Below are positions 1 through 14,140 of a stretch of 64,000 bases of DNA, piece after piece. The stretch lies in contig OX597831.1 of NCBI GenBank assembly GCA_951406725.2, positions 24,924,001-24,988,000 of the forward strand. The letters are read 5' to 3'. A program made the position numbers and the translations under genes. The first letter of the stretch is position 1. Every line of letters starts with the position of its first letter. The notes beneath the pieces are model-generated. The model saw nothing but the letters and a program-made list of their open reading frames with translations, searched no databases and had not been told where the DNA came from. This DNA is from Octopus vulgaris. Lineage: Eukaryota.

Positions 1-1027
1 ATATGAAGCAATGCACTCAAATATTGTGTTGCCTTCAGACCAGATAGCTATTCCATATGTTTATAATAGAATGGATTTTGCTAGAAGTACCCAAGATCCC
101 AGAGATAGTGTTAAATCAGGGTCAACTCTATTACCAAAGAACCAATGTAATATTTTGAGTGAGTTTTCCCAAAGATTTTGTTAAACCCGTTTAATTCTCA
201 AGGTTTAAGGGCTAATACAACTTAATGTAGAATACACTTGCTTGAGCTGCAGTGTGGTCTGATGTAACTCAGATCTACATGACTGTGAAACAAATTTCTT
301 AAGTATTATGCATGAACTTGTCTGAACAACATGGTCTTTGGTAAATATATAGAGGTTAGAGCTATGATACTGATCTAACAGACCTGCTAAAGGAAGATTT
401 TTATGTCTGATTATCTAGACATTTGGTTCTATGTGTAAATGATAGATATTCAATTTCAGAAGCAGTGCCATTTCAATTCTCTAGAATATTCAGTGAAAAA
501 GCTGTGCTCTTTCATTTTCTGTGTGGTCACTTGCTCTCATTAAGACTTCTTCGTTGCGTTTAGAGAGACAGATATAATAGATCACTACAATGAGGTCTGA
601 CTTCATATGAAACTGATAAAGAGACTGTTCTCATGTAATTTAGAATTTAGAAAATTACGCCATTAAAATATGTAACACCTGAACAGACAAGGAAGCTTCT
701 GCAAGGTAGCTGAGCCAGTTAAAATAGCAATCAAATACGTCTTAAATTACACCGTATTGTCTTATATAAAAAAAAGAACACAATAGACAATGTAGTCTGA
801 GATATACAAAAAAATAAATGATGATCATGGTTATAATACAATTGATAGTATAGCTCTACTTGATCAGGGCTGACTTTGAACTAAATAACATCGTCATTAT
901 TATCCTCATCCTGGCTTGACATTGGTTGCATTTATTTCTTGTTCCCTTCACTTTTCTGTTGCCATATTTCTCTTAAAGTACACTATCCCTGTTTCTGTTA
1001 ATTTTGAATATAACAAAGAGTTAAGTA

Positions 1028-1590
1028 TTGGGTTGTCCAGAAAGTTTGTGCTGATTTTTAATGGAAAAAGGTTAATAAATATTTGCCATTACATTTTTAA
1101 TCAACCAAATATGAACCATTTTGTTTCACAATGCATCTCTTTCTTTCCTTTAACTTGAAAATATCCACTTCCCAGAACTGAGGTGGTTTTATGGTAAAAA
1201 AATTCATCAAGGTATCTTTTTATGTCATCCAAGGAATTGAAATTTTTACCATTAAGACTATTCTGCAGAGACCTAAATAAGTGGAAATCTGAAGGAGGAA
1301 TATCTGGTGAATATGGAGGATGGGGTAACACATCCCAGCTGAGCTTCAGCAATTTTTGTCTGGTTCCCAAAGCATCAAGTGCCGAAAATGAACTTTCTTA
1401 TCTTCCATTTTAAAGGGTTACATAATTAACACAGGTTATAGGAACATAAACCTTCTTCCATGAAAAGATAGCTTAAACTGTGCTCTAAATGGAGGTGTAG
1501 TAAAATCCTATTTTATGGACTCAACCATGTTCTAAAATAAGTCAAATGGTAAGCTACCATAAATCGGCACGAACTTTCCAGACAATCCAA
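1028..1590 (-). mobile_element. Internally deleted mariner element (copy A, keeps transposase C-terminus)
   Basis: ~30-bp TIRs (ttgggttgtccagaaagtttgtgctgattt / aaatcggcacgaactttccagacaatccaa) flanked by TA. Minus ORF 1101-1370 has WDVLPHPPYSPDIPPSDFHLFRSLQNSL (mariner YSPDLAPxD motif). The transposase start MEDKKVHFRHLML abuts it. Confidence 0.92.
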
Positions 1591-2297
1591 TAGAATAACT
1601 TATCATTATTAAGCTAGTGTTTGTAACATAAAATTTTGTTGGAAAGCTTTTATCTAGATGACTTTAAAACAGGATCAGGTGCAATTTCAGGCAGGTTGCT
1701 ATCAAAAGGGTTAATGCTAAAGAATTTGGGAAGCTAAAAACAAACACAATGAATCCTTATGAGTTTTGAAATATTTTAAACTTCACATTTCCAAAATGAC
1801 AGGAAATAATGAAAATGACTACAGAAAGAATGTGTCACAACATTGATTATTTTTTTCTTTTCTTTTTCCAAATAATCTAACTCAATAAATTCTACGAACT
1901 ACTGTAGGAAGTAAATATAATAGATCTTTGCTGAGTTTAGTGAGATGTTATTGTTGGTGTTGTTGTTTTAATGGTTTTAATATTTCGCAAAGAGAAAGGA
2001 AATAGTAGAGAAGAAAGAAATGTCCAGAATGAATTCATTTTTTATTATGCTTTTCTACTTGGTTATTTAGAATTTCAGACTGTTTTTAATATTTTTCTTT
2101 CTCTGTTTTATATAATATTATTGTTATTATGCGTATGTGCATGCAGGGCAGTGGTGGTGGTGGTGGTGGTGGTGGTGAAGGTTTAATAAATAAAATGTTT
2201 TATCCAACAGTGAGAATGCAAAATTTGTTCAGAATATTGACAGGAAAAGAAAGAATAATGATGCAGAGAGGACAAAGGAAGGGAGGGACAGGGTGGG

Positions 2298-2334
<37 letters not shown>

Positions 2335-3329
2335 ATGTCTGAGAGACAAAGAGTGGAAAGAAGAGAATACTATAGAAAAGAAAATATTCAAGGAACTGAG
2401 ATTCATAAGTAAATGTTCCCTAAGAATGGAAGGATATTGAATCCTTTCATAACCACATTTGTAATGTAATACTGGAAATCAAAAATTTTTGAGGGCTTTC
2501 ATAAAATAATTAACTTTTATCATTATTAAGCTGGTGTCTGGAACATAACAAAAGGTTCTTAAGTCTAATTATGATTTAACATTTAAATTTAAATAATTAA
2601 TAAATAAATAAATAAGCCCTTTAGCCTTTAGTAACCTCAACACCTGCTTTGGCTCTATATTTCTATAGAGACCGATAGAATAAGTACTGGGCTTACAAAG
2701 AGTAAGTCCCAGGGTCGATTTGCTCGACTAAAGGTGGTGCTCCAGCATGGCCGCAGTCAAATGACTGAAACAAGTAAAAGAGAGTATATCGCTAGTGCAG
2801 CAGTTACTGTTATTTTCAGTCGTTTGGTGTCTGTCATTGAAAAGGCCAAATCAGGCTGAAGTCACATGATCTGGTAGTCCAAGTGGCAGAAGTAGCAGTG
2901 ATTGTCTGCCACTAATGATAGCTATGATGGGCTTTTATGCACCACATAACCACAAGAGAGTTTTTCTCTTGACAAATATTTGCTGTATTTTAAGTCGTGA
3001 ATATTTTACCTGTCAATAATTAATACAGATGGGTTTTTTATTCTACTGAATAAAGACAATCTTAAATGGTTGGTATTGATATTGTATTTTGGTTTCCTCT
3101 GATTTAGTAAATGAAATATAACTCTTTCCCTGAATATAATTCCAGTCTTTCGCCAATAACATTTCTCTCCCGGTAGCTAGATTGACTGAAGTAGTGAAGA
3201 GGTAACTCCAGCTAGGCCAAAACAGGAACTTGTCTGGAGTTGATTTTAAGACTACAAATTAACATTTAACAAAGGACATTTGTCATTAACAATAATGAAC
3301 TAAGACTGCTACATAATATCTATTTTAAG

Positions 3330-3560
3330 GGCGGCGAACTGACAGAATCATTAGCACACCGGGTGAAATGCTTAGTGGTATTTTTCCTGTCATTGCATTC
3401 TGAGTTCAAATTCTGCTGAGGTCGAATTTGCCTTTCATTCTTTTGGTGTCGATTAAATAAGTACCAGTTAAGCACTGGGATCAATGTAATCGGCTTAATC
3501 CCTTTGTTTGTCCTTGTTTGTCCCCTCTATGTTTCACCCCCTGTGGGCAATAAAAGAATA
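3330..3560 (+). mobile_element. SINE family A (head ggcggcgagctggcagaa; tail ...gtgggcaataaagaaata)
   Basis: tRNA-like head with gttcaaatt B-box; 13-bp TSD aatatctatttta (3315-3327 / 3561-3573); many homologous copies in the window. Confidence 0.85.
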
Positions 3561-4260
3561 AATATCTATTTTACAGCTCAGTGAACTGGCCTTTAAGGGT
3601 TAAGCCCTCTTGGTTACAGCTTTTTAACCTTTAAGAGTTAAGCCTTCTTGGTTATAATGGACCCAGTGTAACAAAAGACAAAAGACATTAAAATTTTGTT
3701 ACACTGTGTAATAAGCAGTGTCAGTATACTATTAATTTGGCTACTTAAAGACTTGCTAATTCTCATCATCATTGTCAGCATCATCATCACCATTAACATC
3801 AGGAAATCTTTTCTCAATGTGGAAATGGATTGAAGAAGTTTTACAGTATTACATTTTCCTTAGCCCTATTTCACTTAATCTGTGGAGTCAAGTATCCTCA
3901 CTTAGCATCCATACAGTATGTGTGTATATATGTATGTATGTATGTATGGTAACTAGGCTTACATAGCCTAATGGTATAGCTAACTTTAATCCCCTACTAA
4001 TCCCCTACTGATGAGTACAATCACTCAGAAAAGGTTGGCTATATAGTATATTTTAGTAAAGGGTTTGTAATTCAAATTATATATATATATATATATACAT
4101 ACATACATATGTGTGTGTGTGTGTATTCATGAATGTTTGTGTATGTAACCTTGTTAATTATATCTGTCAGTTGCATTGTACTGTCACACCTATTTCCATT
4201 TAGTTGAATTATACAAAACACAGGGACAGATATACACACATACACACAAATTCTTTCATC

Positions 4261-4296
<36 letters not shown>

Positions 4297-4546
4297 TACA
4301 TACGAACACGCATGCATCCAGTTTCACATTGTTCAACTGATGGAATTTCTGGCAGCTTAGCATTATAAAATGAACATTGTCTTAGAGTCTTTTAATCTCC
4401 GGACTCATAATTCGGAGACACTAATCATAAAAATGAATAGATTAAATAGTATTAAAATTAAGCAAGGCAGGAATTCCAAAGACAGCATTATTATTAGCAA
4501 AAGATATTTTTAAAAAATAATAATTATATCATTGTCATCATAGTCA

Positions 4547-4605
<59 letters not shown>

Positions 4606-4846
4606 TATCAGTAATTTTTGTTATTTTTTTTTGCTTTTGTTGTAGTTATTTGTGTTGTTACGGTGGTGAGGATGTTGTTGCTGTTGTTGTACTTGAAGAG
4701 TCTCTACAGATGTCTTTGACAACTCACATCCTTCAAAATCAACAACAAATATTTCTGAAGAAACTTATATTTTATGTAAAAGAGCTGCCATGTCCAGATC
4801 CCCACTGAATGTTTTTTTGTGTGTATATGTGTACATGTACATGCAT

Positions 4847-4882
<36 letters not shown>

Positions 4883-6107
4883 TATTATGTGGTAATAATG
4901 AATTTAGCTCGTGCTGGGCAAAATACTTAGCGGCATTTTGTCTGTCTTTTACATTCTGAGTTCAAACTCCACCGAGGTCAACTTTGTGAGTTATCCTTCC
5001 AGGGTCAGTAAAAGAAGTACCAGTTGAGTACTGGGTCGATGTAATCAATTTAAATTTGCTGGCCTTGTGTCAAAGTTTCAAACCAAACCAATATTGAATT
5101 TACCTTTGGAGCAATGAATTGCAGAATGAAATTTCGTGGCTTTCTGTAGAGTGGTTGGCACTTGGAAGGACATCCAGTCATAGAAACCATGTCTGAAATG
5201 GATTGTAAGAGTGAGGTGTGGTTCTCTGACAAATCTAAGAGGTTAGTAACTCTGAACAGGAACTTAATTAGACAGTGGTGACCCTTCCAAGCCATGCTAG
5301 TATAGAAAATATACACACAGTGACGAGGATGAAAATGATGATGATGTTGATGAAAGTACTCTGCATAAAATATATGAAATCGTTAGAGATGTTATATTAT
5401 GTATTTAGAGTCTGTCTACAAGTCCTGGGGGTTTAAGTTACATATTTATCCAAGTGTTTTATTATCGTTTCCATTATAAGGACTATTTCAAACTTTGTTT
5501 TTATCTCCATTTCCTAATCTCTATGTTTGAATAATTTCTTCAATGCTGATACCATCATCACCATCATCATTATCATCGTTATTTTTATGATCTCTCCCTC
5601 AATTAATGTGTTCTGTTGCAATGCCAAACTAATGTGTTTCAAGCACATACAGCGTTTAGTCTTTGTTTCATGTATTCATTTAAATGAGAGATTCCATAAT
5701 GTAGAATGTATAGAAAGCTGCTTACGCGTCATTATCGTCATTACCATAATGCAATGGAACTGTGTCAATGACCAAGACATAGATATAATATGAAATATAT
5801 TTCTCATTTCTGTTTCAAATTGGTGCTTATCACGTCTGCTATCATTTTAAATAAAATGATTTTTAACATTAAAATAAAATTAAAGTGTTCCACAAACTAA
5901 GCTGTTTGGTGAAAAGTTGTGGAAGGTATTGTCACTGCAAAACATTGGAAAAATACTCAAGTAACTCCTCGCAATTGTGTTTATGCTTCAACATTTATTT
6001 AGCAAAAGTTATGAAATACACATTTTTGGTGATAATCTATTGATTTAACTCACTGAATGTATACCAGACTAAAATATGCTCTTGTAATATATACTACATA
6101 CTGTTGT

Positions 6108-6499
6108 GTGGAGGCGCAATGGCCCAGTGGTTAGGGCAGCGGACTCGCGGTCGTAGGATCGTGGTTTCGATTCCCAGACCGGGCGTTGTGAGTGTTTATT
6201 GAGTGAAAACAACTAAAGCTTCACGAGGCTCCAGCAGGGATGGTGGTGATCCCTGCTGTACTCTTTCACCACAACTTTCTCTCACTCTTACTTCCTGTTT
6301 CTGTTGTACCTGTCTTTCAAAGGGCCGGCCTTGTCACTCTCTGTGTCATGCTGAATATCCCTGAGAACTACATTAAGGGTACATGTGTCTGTGGAGTGCT
6401 TGGCCACTTACACATTAATTTCACGAGCAGGCTGTTTCGTTGATCGGATCAACCAGAACCCTCATCGTCGTAACTGACGGAGTGCTTCCATATATATCC
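6108..6499 (+). mobile_element. SINE family C, full length, tRNA-derived head
   Basis: Head tggcccagtggttaggg...ggtttcgattcc (A/B boxes); 12-bp TSD acatactgttgt (6096-6107 / 6500-6511). Confidence 0.88.
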
Positions 6500-6544
6500 A
6501 CATACTGTTGTATATAGTAATAGGTTGATCTTGTTTTGGTTTAA

Positions 6545-7145
6545 CCCTTTCATTACTGTATTTATTTGGAGATGCTCTGTGTTTCTTTCAATTATTTTAA
6601 ATACTAGCAGTATCGCCTGGCGTTGCTTGGGTTTGTTTCGACCCTTTAGAATTGGAATTTAAAAGTTTTGCATTATGTAGCTTGTTATTCTCTTTGAGTG
6701 AACATTTTTCTGGTTGAAATACACCGAAAAAAGACGACACAGCAGTCAAAAAATCGTAAAAATAGGGATTTTCATAGAAGAAAAGCACCTTTTTGATGTA
6801 AATAATTTTTGGTCTTAACATGGTCCGATTTGAATTTTATCTTCTAGGGAATGAAGAGCAAGACTTTTTCTATCATACTCTCAATTTTGGACAACTTGCG
6901 CCACAGGTTCTCGGAGGAGATAGTGTTAGTTGAAGGCTACCAAACCTGCCATACACAGACAACTTCAGCTTTATATATATAGATAACAAAGAATTTAGTA
7001 AAATAACTTAGTTATCATTAAGCTAGTGTTAGGAACATAAATTGTGACTAAGGTTTGGTGGAAGATTTCAATTCAGAACTTTTGAAAGCAAGACATTTGT
7101 ACTACAGAGCGAGAGCCAGTTTCAGCTGGGTTGGTAACAAAAGAG
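6545..7145. mobile_element. TTAA-flanked (piggyBac-type) MITE family 1, split by a Helitron-type insert
   Basis: TTAA|ccctttc...aaaagag|TTAA; uninterrupted ~220-bp homologues at 12044-12263 and 14874-15095. Confidence 0.8.
6604..6983 (-). mobile_element. Non-autonomous Helitron-like element
   Basis: Minus strand reads A|TCTATATATATAAAG...cccaagcaacgccaggcgatactgCTAG|T: TC and CTAG termini, A/T insertion site, no TSD. The empty site aatataac is seen in the sister MITE at ~14930. Confidence 0.8.
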
Positions 7146-7185
7146 TTAATGTATGACCACATTGTCTAATATGCCTTTTCTTTAA

Positions 7186-7400
7186 CCTTTTGGTATTCAA
7201 ACTTGCCATATCCTGCCCAGATATTCTACCAATTTTATGTTCAAACTGACCAAATCAAGCTTCTCACACCTACCCTACAATGTCATACTAAACAATTACA
7301 TTATTCAAATATCAAAGCTGCAACAGAGTGTATGATAATTTTTTTAAAAATCTGAATAGATAAACATTACATTTGACAGAGTAATCTGAATGTTAGTGAG
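7186..7400. mobile_element. TTAA-flanked MITE family 2
   Basis: TTAA at both ends; homologous to 51651-51870 and 62446-63064. Confidence 0.72.
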
Positions 7401-7787
7401 TTAAGATGGTTGAGTGTATTTTGAAGTATAACTGGCAGATTCGTTAGCACATCAGACAAAATGGTTAGCAGCATTTCTTCCAGCTTCAAATTCTGCATTC
7501 ATATTCCATTGAGATCAACTTTGCCTTTTTCCATTTTGAGATGGCTAAAACAAATGCCAGCAGAGCACCAAGGTCAATGTAGTCAGCTAGACTCCTTGCA
7601 GAATTCGTTCTGGTTCTTCACATTCAGATTTCAGTTCCCACAGTTTCATGTGGAATTTGAACTCAGAAGCCATCAGTTTTGAGGGGAGGGGGTTAGTTGG
7701 TGCAATCCACTCAGTATATGATTGGTACTTGTTGACGCCAGTGGAATCTGAACACAGAATATAATGAGTTGGAAGTGATACTACAAG

Positions 7788-8193
7788 GCGGCGAGCTGGC
7801 AGAATCGTTAGCACGCCGGACGAAATGCTTAGCGGTATTTCGTCTGCTGCTACGTTCTGAGTTCAAATTCTGCTGAGGTCGACTTTGCCTTTCAACCTTT
7901 CAGGGTCAATTAAATAAGTACCAGTTACACACTGGGGTCGATATAATCGACTTAATCCGTTTGTCTGTCCTTGTTTGTCCTCTCTGTGTTTAACCCCTTG
8001 TGGGTAGTAAAGAATAGGTATTTCATCTGCCGGTATGTTCTGAGTTCAAATTCCACCGAGGTTGGCTTTGCCTTTCATCCTTTTCAAGGTTGATTAAATA
8101 AATACCAGTTATGCACTGGGATCGATGTAATCGACTTAATCCCTTTGTTTGTCGTATCTATGTTTAGCCCCACTGTGGGTAATAAAGAAATAG
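7788..8193 (+). mobile_element. SINE family A with tandem duplication of its 3' two-thirds
   Basis: Full copy 7788-8017 followed by a second body starting ggtatttcatctg; flanked by gatact(a/g)caaggc. Confidence 0.85.
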
Positions 8194-8786
8194 ATACTGC
8201 AAGGCATATTGTCTAACACTCAAATGATTCTGCCAGCTTGCAAGACACTGGGTCATAGATTTTGAATGAAGGGATTGTTTGACTCTACAAAAAATATAAG
8301 GCAAAATATGAACATAATCAGGTTTTGAACTTCACACATAAAAAGCTGTAACTAAACAACATAACATATTTTCCTGTTATGGTCTACCTATTCTATTATT
8401 TAGTAATTTTCGCAATATTAACAACAAACAGAACTCAATCTTTACATAGATTATTATTGCTACTATTATTCAACTGTTCTGATGTTCTGAGTTCAAATTC
8501 TGCCAAGATTGACTTTGCCTTTCATCTTTTCGGGGTCGATAAATTAAGTACCAGTCAAGCACTGGGGTCGATGTGATCGACTTTCCTCCTCCACCAAAAT
8601 TCCAGGCCTTGTGCTTATAGCAGAAAGGATTATTATAATTATTATCATTGTAAATCAAAATATGGTCCGTTGTCTTCTGCTGAACCAGGGTCATCACAGC
8701 AGGTCCTCATTTCATGGAGAGTACATGGCATAAAATGTGTGCGGAACCTAGCAACACTATTTTCTGATGTTGTTATTGTTGTTGTA

Positions 8787-8826
<40 letters not shown>

Positions 8827-8904
8827 CCATCATCACCAATTGCCCTAAGTCATTTAGGTTATGCTTTGTTTTTATAATTTTCTACCCAGCCCCCATAAAT
8901 TGCA

Positions 8905-8931
8905 TTATATATATACATATATATATATATG

Positions 8932-8974
<43 letters not shown>

Positions 8975-9060
8975 ATATATATATGTATATATGCATATAT
9001 ATATATATATGTATATATATATGTGTGTGTGTATATATATATGATATATATATATATATG

Positions 9061-9125
<65 letters not shown>

Positions 9126-9132
9126 TTGTGTG

Positions 9133-9215
<83 letters not shown>

Positions 9216-9267
9216 GTGTGTGTGTGTATATATATATGTGTGTATATATATATGTATATATATATAA
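8905..9267. repeat. Compound (AT)n/(GT)n microsatellite
   Basis: Directly visible; source of the YIYI ORFs. Similar tracts at 11090-11265, 18760-19140, 31575-32420, 36140-37150, 43400-43630, 52810-53700. Confidence 0.98.
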
Positions 9268-10684
9268 TTGAATTCAATTGTTATGGAAATCAGATTAGTA
9301 GCTGAAACGAAGACAATTTTTCTCGGTAGTTTATTGAGTTAATCTTGAAGATTTCCTCCCCTGTGATTCCATCTTAATATTTCCTTTATATTGATTCCAA
9401 CTTACTTTAATCCGATCTAAAGAACGCTATGAACTTCTTAAATAGCACATTCAGCTGTTTCTTTTTGAAAAAGGCTAAAAATAAAAAACACACTCTCAAA
9501 CAAAAAAAAGAACAATTACTATTTGAACAAGCAGTTGTATATAAACATGTGGCTCCAGTGACATAGTTTAGTAGCTCAAAACGTGAGGGAGGTTCCACAT
9601 AGCTGGTTCATCTGCCCAGTCTTGAAATGGCTTGTCCACATTGCTCTGTAAGGAGTATAGGGCCAGTTTCATGGTTTCTCTGGCATGCAATGGGGTGCTG
9701 AAAATTTCCTGGTTTTAAGGGTGTCGCAAAAGGCCTGGTCGAAGGCTCAACCTTCCAAGTTCTTTCAGAGGGATTAGAAACACTGTAGAACTGCTGCTAT
9801 AAGTGTGTGAATCAGAAGAAGAAGAAGAGGAGGAGGAGGAGGAGGAGGAGGAAGAAGAAGAAGAAGAAGAAGAAGAAGAAAAAGAAGAAGGCCACAAACA
9901 AACCAGTATCTGCACAGACCCTTGACTAATTAGAGAATATTTACCCAAAGTCCCTCAAATCACATTTGACTCCCTTAAAAACAGGAAACCAAAAAAGTAA
10001 CCCCTTTGGGAATGTGATTGTAGATAGACTTTGTCAAAAATAAAAGTAAGAATAAAAATGACAGGAACAAGTTTGATCATAGATCAACCGGATCAAGTTT
10101 TGACCTGGTGTTGTATAACAACATCTAAAGGACATTTTAGATAACTAGTAACAAACTGATTCTGACTTGAATTTGCTGTATAATTTTATTGATTTCAAGT
10201 AAATAATTAATTGAAAATCTAATTAGGCTGAATAAAAACTGCTAATAAGCTATGTTATATTATTTACTTCCTCAACAATAACAACAAAAGTTAACTTTTC
10301 TCATTAACAGAATGTCGACTGGAATGATGTAAATGAGTTTGCTACTTGCTTTCTCAAATAAGTTCATGACTTTTGCTGCAACAGTTTGTAATGTGGTAAT
10401 TTATCTGTGTGTGTGTATATTTGGATGTCTCTTAACCTGTTGAATGTGAGCCTGTATAAATGTGTGGCATTTATGTATGTCTACAGACACACAAACACAC
10501 ACAGAGATTCACACACAAATATGCGTTTATATATATATATGTATATATAATTTAAAAATAGAATAAGATCTTTATAAGAATTTATCAAGTAGTTAGCAGG
10601 AAAAACCTCATCAGAGAAAAAAATCCACCAATTTTTTCACTTAAATAAATTTATTTATATTATATAGAGATAGATATATATATC

Positions 10685-11079
10685 CTTTTCTACTCTAGGT
10701 ACAAGGCCCGAAATCGTGGGGGAGGGTCTAGTTGATTAGATCGATCCCAGGATGCAAATGGTACTTAATGTTTTGACCCTGAAAGGATGAAGGGCAAAGT
10801 CGACCTTGTCTGAATTTGAACTCAGAACGTAAAGACAAATGAAATACCTATTTCTTTACTACCCACAAGGGGTTAAACACAGGGAGGACAAACAAGGACA
10901 GACAAATGGATTCAGTTGATTATATTGACCCCAGTGCGTAACTGGTACTTATTTAATCGACCCCGAAAGGATGAAAGGCAAAGTCAACCTTGGCGGAATT
11001 TGAACTCAGAATATAGTGGCAGAAGAAATACCGCTAAGTATTTCGCTTGGCATGCTAACGATTCTGCCAGCTTGCCACC
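10685..11079 (-). mobile_element. SINE family A composite (full copy plus variant-tail body)
   Basis: Reverse complement of the family A head/body; ends ...ctgccagcttgccacc. Confidence 0.8.
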
Positions 11080-11081
11080 TT

Positions 11082-11151
<70 letters not shown>

Positions 11152-11193
11152 TCATCATCATTTAGCGTCCGTTTTCCATGCTAGCATGGTGTG

Positions 11194-11265
<72 letters not shown>

Positions 11266-12043
11266 TAAATAGTTAGATACACAAGAATACAGACACACAC
11301 ATTCACATGTATACATGGGAAGAACACAGACTTACATAGAACAGTATTTTAAGGCCAGGTGACCTTTGTATCACCAATCCTTACCTGTTTCTTAAGTAAG
11401 GGATTTTTTTCATTCCTCAAATCTTCAAAAGCACTAAACATCCAATTGTAATGTTCACAAAATGTGTAAACAGATTGCAGTTTCACTCAGGCAGTGCCAA
11501 GTGAAGGAATGTCAATATTAGCATATGTTTGTACACACACACACAGACACACACACATTAATTCCCAACTACATGGTTCCAGGCTTCCCAACCACATGGT
11601 TCCACTATAGCCTCTGACTGACCAAAGCCTTGTGAGAGGATTTCGTTGACAGGAACTGAAAGCCTGTCATATACATGTCAGAGCTTGTCTTGCATCGCAA
11701 TTTGACAACCGGTGTTGGTGTGTTTACATCCCCAAAACTTAGCAGTTTGGCAAAAGGGACCAATAGTATAAGTACCTGGCTTAGAAATAAGTCCTGAGGT
11801 TGATTTGCTTGACTAAAACTCTTCAAGTCGGTGCACCAGCATGGCCACAGCCAAATGACATGTATATATTTATGGTGTGTGTTTTCATGTCTGTTTGTCC
11901 CCTCATCATCGCCTGACAATCGATGTTGGTATGTTTACATTCCCATTACTTAGCAGTTCAGCAAAAGAGACCAATAGAATAAATACTAGGTTTACAAAGG
12001 ATAAGTCCTGAGACCGATTTCTTTGACTGAAAAAACCCTTTAA

Positions 12044-12263
12044 CCCTTTCATTACCAACCCGGCTGAAACCAGCTCTGGCTCTGAGTACAAATGTCTTGT
12101 TTCTATAAGTTTTGAATTAAAATCTTCCACCAAACATTAGTCACAATTTATGTTCCTAATACAGTCTGAATGATAACTAAGTTATTTTACTAAATTCTTT
12201 GTTATATTTAAAGTAATTGAAAGAAACAAAGAACATCTCAAAATAAATACAATAACGAAAGGG
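12044..12263. mobile_element. TTAA MITE family 1 inserted into a family B SINE
   Basis: TTAA|ccctttc...gaaaggg|TTAA; SINE B sequence runs to 12039 and resumes at ~12270 (gtgctccagcatgg). Confidence 0.85.
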
Positions 12264-13187
12264 TTAACACAGTGCTCCAGCATGGCTGCGGTCAAATGAC
12301 TGAAACAAGTGAAAGAATAAAAAGAATATTTTTTCCAGTATATAAGTTGATTTTTTCAGAATATTTTCAGCCAAAAATGGTAGGTCAACTTACACACCAA
12401 AAACAACTCTGGAGGACTAAAAATTTCATGAAAAGATAGTGATGATGTTGTTTGAATGTTTATACATCTTACATCAACTTGTGTGCCAGAAAGATATGGT
12501 GCAAATGGTCTTTTATACAGTTTCCTTCCAACGAATTTTCTTGCAAGGTTTTGGCCAATCTGAGGTGACAATAGAAGGCTTTTGCTCATGGAGTTACACT
12601 GTGGAACCGAACCTGAATAATCCTGTGCTTTTAAAAACGAATTTCTTAACCACATACTTGCATGAACACATGTATACATGTATGCGTGCATGCATGCATG
12701 CACCCTCATGCATACAAATATTCGAACATAGTATACAAGATACTACATGCACAAACACACACATGCAAACATGCATGTATGCATGCATGCACCCTCACAC
12801 TTACAAATATTCGAACATAGTATACAAGATACTACGTGTACAAACACACACACATTTATGCAAGTATTGTAAATGTGAAAATACATGCAAATAAACAAAT
12901 ATGTTTACAGAAACAAAGATTGCATACAGGCTATAACATGAACATGCACTCACAAACACACCATTACACATGCATACAACAAATGCACACATACGCACAT
13001 GCTTATAGTCGTACAGACATTGTGTGCATGATACTACACACAAACAGACTATCATTATAAAGTCATTCACATACCCTTGAATGCTTTTGAAAAAAATATT
13101 GTATTAGCTTTCCAAATTGTTTCTCCATATACACTAAGCTAATAAACACTCACCGACTTCTACATACAGTAAATCAAGCCAATATCA

Positions 13188-13315
13188 TTAACCATAGAAC
13201 AAGAAAAATACAAACGAAAGGGAAAATAGAAAATACAAGAAGAAATCGGTAGATTTAACTGGCTCTCTCTTGTTTAGCCGGTACCTTGTTTCAATATCAG
13301 ATAAAAGTTCTTGAC
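13188..13315 (-). CDS. Predicted last coding exon of an unidentified gene (exon 13154-13315; xQELLSDIETRYRLNKREPVKSTDFFLYFLFSLSFVFFLFYG*)
   Basis: Acceptor ttaactatatatagtttacag| and donor |gtgagt 34 nt after the stop. Only the phase-1 frame stays open for long, matching the phase left by the upstream microexons. Hydrophobic C-terminus. Confidence 0.55.
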
Positions 13316-13821
13316 CTGTAAACTATATATAGTTAATTAATTTTCTCAAATTCAAACAAGATAGTTTAAATAGGAAAAAAATAATTCGTTTTGTAGTATT
13401 TGTTCTTATATTGAGAGTTACTTATTTTGTTAGTTTCTTTTAAATTAGTTATATATGCATAGCTATGTCTATGCATATATGTACCTGTAAGTGTCTGTAT
13501 ATATATATATATATATATATATACTCACACATATTCACTTGCTCATACACACATACACATATGTATATATTCGTCTATGTATGAGTGTGTGTGTGGGAAG
13601 GAAAATTTTTAATTTGATTTTTTGGTAAAGAATTCTACGCATAAAATAGGGAATAAGAAAGAACAATGCAAATAAAAAGTCGAAAAGCAAGCTAAAACAC
13701 TATGCACTCTGCAATGTTGGTAATGTCAAAATTAATAGAATTCTGTCTGTTACTTCGTTTACTTAGATTTTTGCCAATTTAATTACCTGGCATTTTGATA
13801 CCTGAACTTGAACTTACTTCG

Positions 13822-13881
<60 letters not shown>

Positions 13882-14140
13882 GTTACTACACCATCTCAGT
13901 GTTGAACACCACAAAATTTGTATCTAGTTTCTTCATTTTCAAATGTTGTATTAGAGATTTAAAGGAAATATGGTTGCTATTTCTCCCAGATCAAGTGACC
14001 AACTAAACCAGATAGAGGCAGCCTGTGGCCTGCAGGACTTTCTGAATGATACACCTGAAAATATTACGTTGATCTCACTGATCAGAGGGACAATGAATGT
14101 CAGAAACACAGCCCACTTCCTCCAGAACATTCCAGTGTAT

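Noticed and set aside
4007-4032. Hammerhead-like CTGATGAG...GAAA
   Set aside because: Stem II does not close directly onto GAAA, and no stem I or III pairing is evident.
6108-6190. tRNA gene (also the heads of SINE A and B copies)
   Set aside because: A/B boxes are present, but the sequence runs straight into a SINE body bounded by TSDs and I see no convincing acceptor stem.
8670-9277. Long [12 protein letters not shown]/poly-I/poly-N ORFs here and throughout, including 38238-38927
   Set aside because: These are translations of microsatellites that lack stop codons.
13787-13801. 15-nt in-frame microexon (GTATCAAAATGCCAG)
   Set aside because: The donor is good, but the acceptor abuts a (TAG)n tract with no pyrimidine run.
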